Shown one piece after another: positions 58,691-64,000 of a stretch of 64,000 bases of DNA. The notes under the pieces are model-generated. The model was not told the origin of the DNA, did no database searches, and was given only the letters and a program-made list of their open reading frames with translations. Position 1 is the stretch's first letter; every line of letters begins with the position of its first letter. The position numbers were made by a program, and so were the translations under genes. The stretch is from Vicugna vicugna (taxonomy: Eukaryota), in NCBI GenBank assembly GCA_013265495.1, contig MU062133.1, positions 4,665,819-4,729,818 on the forward strand, written 5' to 3'.

Positions 58691-61600
58691 ATTAGTACGC
58701 GGGGCTCCCCCTCCGGACTGCCCCTAGAGTGGGCCCGCTGGGAGGGCAGGAGAGGTGGCTTATTTCTCTGTTCCCAGCAGGAGGCCTGATGCGTAGCAGG
58801 CAGGCACTTTGGGAGTGTGGGATGAATAAGGCCGTACATCTCTCACATCTTAGCTGAAACACAATCCTTACTGCAGGAGGATCTTAACTAGAATGTTCCT
58901 GCCTGTTGATGCTTTAAACAATAAAGGTGGTTTCTGTTCAAAGATCCAAACTCTTATTAGGCTGACGGGGAGCCTCTCCCTTGATGCCTAAGATGCTTCG
59001 TTCAGCGCAACTTGGTTTGCAAAACAACTTTCTGACTCTTTCTGTAAAAGCCGAGTGGATTCTGCCACCATCTCCCCGAAACGGAAGTTTCTCTCTTTCT
59101 TTTCACAGCTGAGTGTTCACAAATAAATGCTCTCTTTGAGTTCATACCACCAACGAGGCAGGGATCCTCTGTAATTCCCAGAACCGCAGCACCCCAGGCT
59201 GTCAGCTCTGGAACAGCCTTGGGGGGGTTATGCATTCTTCCTCTCCTGTTTTAGAGAAGAGTCTGCTACCAGGTGAGAAGAAACTTGCTCAAGGCAGAAA
59301 ACAGAGCCAGTTTCAGAGTTCTGTCTATTTCCCTCGACTCAATGGAAATGACTCTCTGCCAGGACATCTCCAGACAGAGCCAGGGGTCCCTTCTGGATAT
59401 GCGGGCTCTTTAAGCTGGGCCCCGAAGGAGCATCCTCGTCTGTTGGTTCCCATCTCGCTGAGGCTGTTGGCAAGTATCTCCTGGTGCACACTTGCCCAGG
59501 CAGAAGGGACGTGCACAAGGGATGTTTTCACAGTCCAGCTCCTGGCGAGAGCGGCCAGTGGCTGGAGTGGCCCTGCGGCTCTGCAGTGTGTGTGTGGAGG
59601 GACTTCCCCCTCCCCACAGCATCCAGGCACAGGGCTTCGGGAGAGGATGGGTGTGCTGGAGGTCGGGCTGAGAACAGTGGCTGATGGATGGCGACCCGTG
59701 CAGTCCCGAATGGCCTGTGCGGTACCTTGATCTGGAACATGCAGGGGTTATTGGCTGCAGTCACAGATTAGTCAAATTCCCAGCTGGCGTCTCTGAGCGG
59801 GGATTTGTGGCGAAAAGGCCTGCGACTTCCTTCCTCCTTCACTAAAACGGGCCTGGAGAATGAGGCTCTCGCACTGTAATTATATGGAGGCAGGAAACAA
59901 GTAACTAAGACGTGTCTCTAAGTGAGGAAGGAAGGAAAACATCCAGGGCCCTGGGGAATCCTTCATCTTCTGTTCTGGAGGCTCAGGGATAACAATCACT
60001 GCTCTCTGCTCGGGAATCTTCACCCAGCCCTGCGCCACAGGTCTTATCAGCCTGAGTCTGTACAGGAAGGGATGAGTTATCCACGGCTGCAAGGCCAGTA
60101 AGTTGTGTCCTGAATCTGGGACTGAATCACACCTCTGCCTGACTGCAGCCTCCGCTGTCTCTCTACTTCTCTTTCTGGCTCAAGGTGCCCACATTAAGCT
60201 GCACAAGGATGCTCATTCAGGGAGGCTGCTGACCAGCGGACTCTTTCCCTGACAGTTCGTGCTCCCAGGGGCAACCCCTGCATCTGCCCAGAGGGAGGGG
60301 CACCTTCTCCTTCGCCCAAAGGCACAGAAGCCCAGCTCCTGCAGGCTGCACCCGCCTTGCCGGGAGCTTTTTCTACTCGATAGACTAGCGGTGGCCTGAT
60401 GCTAGCTGTGGTCCTTGTAACGTCTCTCGGACTTAGTGTTTCTCTTGAGAAGTGGGAGTCCCACTCTAACCACCACTGCCAAGTCTCTGAGAGCAGGATT
60501 AGCGCCACAGGGCGGTGCACAGAATAAGGGTTAGGGTTGCTGGACCACTAGATATTTGTACCCTGGCGGATGGCAAGGTGACACATCCCTTAGACTGTTC
60601 CCTCCCTGGGGTCTCGTGCTTCGTCCTGGTCATTCTGGTACCCGGGCTGGTGTCAGTGCATACAGGCTGCCCCTTCCTGGACTGTGTGGGTGAGGGGGTA
60701 GGGGGCTCAGGCTCTCCCCACTCGGCTTTTTAGGACCACCAGATGGAAAAGAGCTATGTGTGCAGCGTCTCTGGTTTAAGCGTGGGCCAGGAGGCAGCAA
60801 TGAAACAGCTGATGCCACTTTCCCCTCTGAGTGTGACACTGTCAGGAGACGCCCGCCCGAGCCCTGCCCTGGCCTCCCCTCTCTCAGCCGCACAGCCCCC
60901 TGGATGCATCCTGCCTTCGGTACCTGCTTTTCCCTTCAGTAAATGTATCCCCTTCTCCACCCAGCAGACTCCTATCTGCTCCTCAGGACTCGCCCTCCCT
61001 CCGGCAGGCATCCCTGGGCGGGTTAGCAGTGCTCCTTGGAACTGAGCTCACGGCACCCTGCACAGGCCCGTGCACAGAGGGGCCCTACGTGTGTGTCTTG
61101 AGCAAATGGGTAAGCACCTGTCTGAGCGGGCCTGATCTGGCTTTGCCATCACCGAGCTTTGTGACGTGGCTGTGTCCCCTTTCCCGCAGGGCTGCAGCTT
61201 GCCTGGGCCTGAGCATCCCCCGGCCCTGCCCTTCCCCACAGGCACTTCCCCATTAAGCTGCCATCTTCTCTCACCTCATTATCACCTTGGCCTGGGGGGC
61301 TGCAGGGATGTCATGAGCCCCTGGAGTCCAGAGCTGTCCCCTCTGCCCTTCCACTAGAAGTGTTGCCCCTGGTGGGTCAGATAGAGGAAAACCCAGCACC
61401 CAGAGGGTGTGTCTTCCCTGTGGGCTTAAAAAAGGCCATCTTTCCTCCAGCTCATTTAACTGACCCCAGGGAGCAGAGGGAGGCGAGTCCGTGGGCCCGG
61501 GCACCTTGGGGTGGCCGGCTTCCCAGAGCCCTTTATCTCTGCTGGGAGATAAGGCCCCAGCGGCTTGGCTCTTGTGCTGAGCAATGGATGGGGGAGCAGG

Positions 61601-61799
61601 AGCCATAAAGCGGGGCAGGGCTGACAGTTTAGGACGGGATCCTGGAGAGCCTAAGCTTTGAACTCTGCCCTCGTCGGAAGGGAGGGGGCCTTTATGGCCG
61701 GTGCTCTGGGGCTGGTGAGAGAGCAGGGCTGTTAGGGCAAGAATGAGGCCCCGGGCAGCCAGCTTCACACCCAATGGCAGGGTGAGCCCCCAGAGCCCA

Positions 61800-61940
61800 G
61801 CGCGGTGGGGCCAGCGGCGGAAGCGCTCCATCCCGCTTTATTGACTTGTAAACGACACCATTAAGAGGAAGTCCTCACCTTGGCTGGAAACAGCTGTGGG
61901 AGCGGCAGTAAATCTGGCAGCTGGCCAACCAACACCAGGC
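61800..61940. promoter_or_regulatory. Candidate enhancer (HOX/CDX, ETS, E-box)
   Basis: CTTTATTG 61836-61843, CCATTAA 61858-61864, GAGGAAGT 61865-61872, CAGCTG 61891-61896 and 61918-61923; CpG retained. Confidence 0.4.
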
Positions 61941-62549
61941 ATTTCCCCGTGCAGGCGGGGCCAGGGGCCCCATCACCCCACCTCCGGGCTGCCCTGTGGG
62001 TCTCGGGTTGTGACCATTCTTGAGTTGGGGACTGAAGAGTGGCAATAGTGACGAACGAAATACTCCCTCCCAACCCTCAAAAAAGGAGAAAAATATCCCC
62101 AGAAATCTCTGAGTCATCATTTGCAAAGTCAGCCCAGAGAAATGGACATTGGGGGGAAGCCCAGGTCAGCGGCAAAAAGCAGGCCGGGGGCTTAGCTTCT
62201 CACGGTGCCCTGGGGGATGAGTCCCTGAGCCGCCCAGGTCTCAGATTTGTTTTTACATAAAAATCGACATAGTGATACCTTTCTAAGGGAGGCTATGATG
62301 ATTAAAGGAGACAAAAGAGAACCATCTCACCTTGGAGGTGCTCAAGGCGTGGGTGACATTGAAACAACACGGGAAGGTGGGCTCTAGGCTGTCTCTTTTG
62401 GTGTGTGTTCCTGTGGAGTTAGCTAACACTGCAGAACGAGATAAGGGGAGGGACAGCCCTGCCTTACTCAGTTTTGCTTAGTTGCTAATAAGGAACCTGG
62501 TATGGAACATGGAGAACATTTTCAATAAATGTTTGACGAATAATAAAAT

Positions 62550-62601
62550 AGGGAGGGAAGGAAGGAAGAAAAGAGGGAAGGAAGGGAGGGAGGGAGGGAG
62601 G
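62550..62601 (+). repeat. Polypurine (GGAA/GGGA)n tract after an L2 tail
   Basis: 52 consecutive purines, including (GGGA)3GGG at 62584-62598. Confidence 0.85.
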
Positions 62602-62739
62602 CAGGGAAATAAAGTCATTTTTCCTTGGACCCAGTCTAATAGTTGGGACCCAGAAGAAAGAAGGAAGTGACATTTGCTGGTTCCCACTGTGAACCAATAC
62701 ATCATAAAACTCAGTTCTCACAACCACCAGCAGTACCCC

Positions 62740-63060
62740 AAGGAAAACTGCTCAAGTGTTGTCACTGACTTATTACCCAATAGGTAGATTTGCGTTACGG
62801 GCACATTATTTACTCTGCGGACAAATAACTTCTCTGTCCCCCATTTTCTCCTCTCAAAGGGTGAGAATTAAATGAGATCATATGCATAAAGCTGTTAACA
62901 CAGTTATTGACAAACAGTAAGTGCTCGATAAAAATTAGATATTATTATGCTTTAGGATGGAGACTCTGGCTCAGAGCAATTAAGTGACTTGGTCAATTCC
63001 CAAAGCTAAGAAATGCCATAGCCTGGGCTCCCACTTGGCTTCTAAAGCTCCTGCTCTGAA
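62740..63060. mobile_element. Two MIR fragments (plus then minus)
   Basis: 'ggtgagaattaaatgagatcatatgcataaagc...aagtgctcgataaa' and 'gatggagactctggctcagagcaattaagtgacttgg'. Confidence 0.75.
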
Positions 63061-64000
63061 TTCCTCCAGGTTCTGGAGCAGCTGAAATACTGTAAGTGGT
63101 GGTGCAAGGAATCCCCGTAGCTGGGGGTGGGTCTCAGAAGTGATTATCAGATGTAACTACGGAAAAGAATTCTTCAGAGAGAGAATTTACGAGCTGAGTT
63201 TCTGCAAATCGGGGGGCCACTGGGATCCTTATCTTTGCAGGAGAAATATCTTCCTTCATTAAGGAGCCACCAAACAGGTAAACAAACAAATAAACACAAG
63301 CAAAAGGGAGACAAGATGTCAGGAAAACATTTCCAGAGCACTTGCCAGGGGCGGGGCGTGAGCCAAGGAATTCGGGGACCATAGTGTTCCCCAGCGTGGT
63401 CAGGATCTGCTAATCACTGACTGGGGAGTGGGTCCTCCTCAGCGTTGTGTATTGGGGGGACATTATTCTCACAAGACGCTGGACTCAAAGGGACTCTGAA
63501 TTCAGATAAATTTGGGACAAGCTGCGTTAGACATATAGTGACTTCTTTCCCGCAGGATTTCCCTGAAGTCTTTTAGATTCTTTGCACTGATGACTCCAGT
63601 CTATGCAGCGCCCCAAGTGCAGACAGCCAGAAAAGCCTTTATTTTCAATTTTTTTTCAGGAAATATCTATTAATATACCATGGCCCTGGGCAGAAGTCAG
63701 GGGAGGCCCTGCAGGTAGGAAAGATGGGGACACACGCTTCATGGGGAGCCCTCTGGCTTTGACTTCTCATGGCCCTCCTGCAGGCTGTGGCCACAGCATC
63801 CCCTGGCCTGGCCTGGAAGGCAGAAAGTCTCTTTCAGAAAACTCCTGAGGCCACCTGGAACTCCATACTGCCTTCCATCTCGGGGCATCAGTTTCTCATC
63901 TGTGCAACAAGGAGACAGGATGACATGTGGCACCTCCCATCATCTGTAATTCTTTAACGATCCACAGTGAAAGAGATCTCAGCCCAGGAATTACCAGGGT

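Noticed and set aside
1-64000. Prokaryotic or viral systems (CRISPR arrays, operons, endogenous viral coding regions, intact retroviral gag/pol/env)
   Set aside because: No repeat-spacer arrays, no long ORFs, and only solo LTRs without internal proviral sequence were seen

Overview
Mammalian genomic DNA with no recognisable protein-coding exon, structural RNA gene, CRISPR array or prokaryotic feature. The repeat content points to a camelid (alpaca/llama/camel). There are four copies of a tRNA-Ala-derived SINE matching the camelid vic-1 type, plus Laurasiatherian-type L1 3' ends, and I saw no Alu, Bov-tA/BovB, PRE-1, ERE or SINEC. The window reads as a gene desert or very large intron. It is rich in MIR and L2, and also carries MER5A, Tigger1, MER82, MLT1/MLT2, ERV1 solo LTRs, L1 and HAL1, with three assembly gaps. 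Between the repeats lie many repeat-free islands with dense transcription-factor motif clusters (HNF1/ONECUT/TCF, TCF/SOX, CArG/E-box, posterior HOX/MEIS, GATA/FOX/SOX), suggesting the enhancer landscape of a developmental gene that I cannot name from sequence alone. I found no convincing evidence of a novel biological system. The most checkable observations are a three-tier transposon nest, two L1 copies truncated at almost the same nucleotide, a bipartite SINE structure, a candidate 24-nt microexon and the enhancer candidates. Repeat family names come from recalled consensus sequences, not a RepeatMasker run, and boundaries without target-site duplications (TSDs) are approximate.
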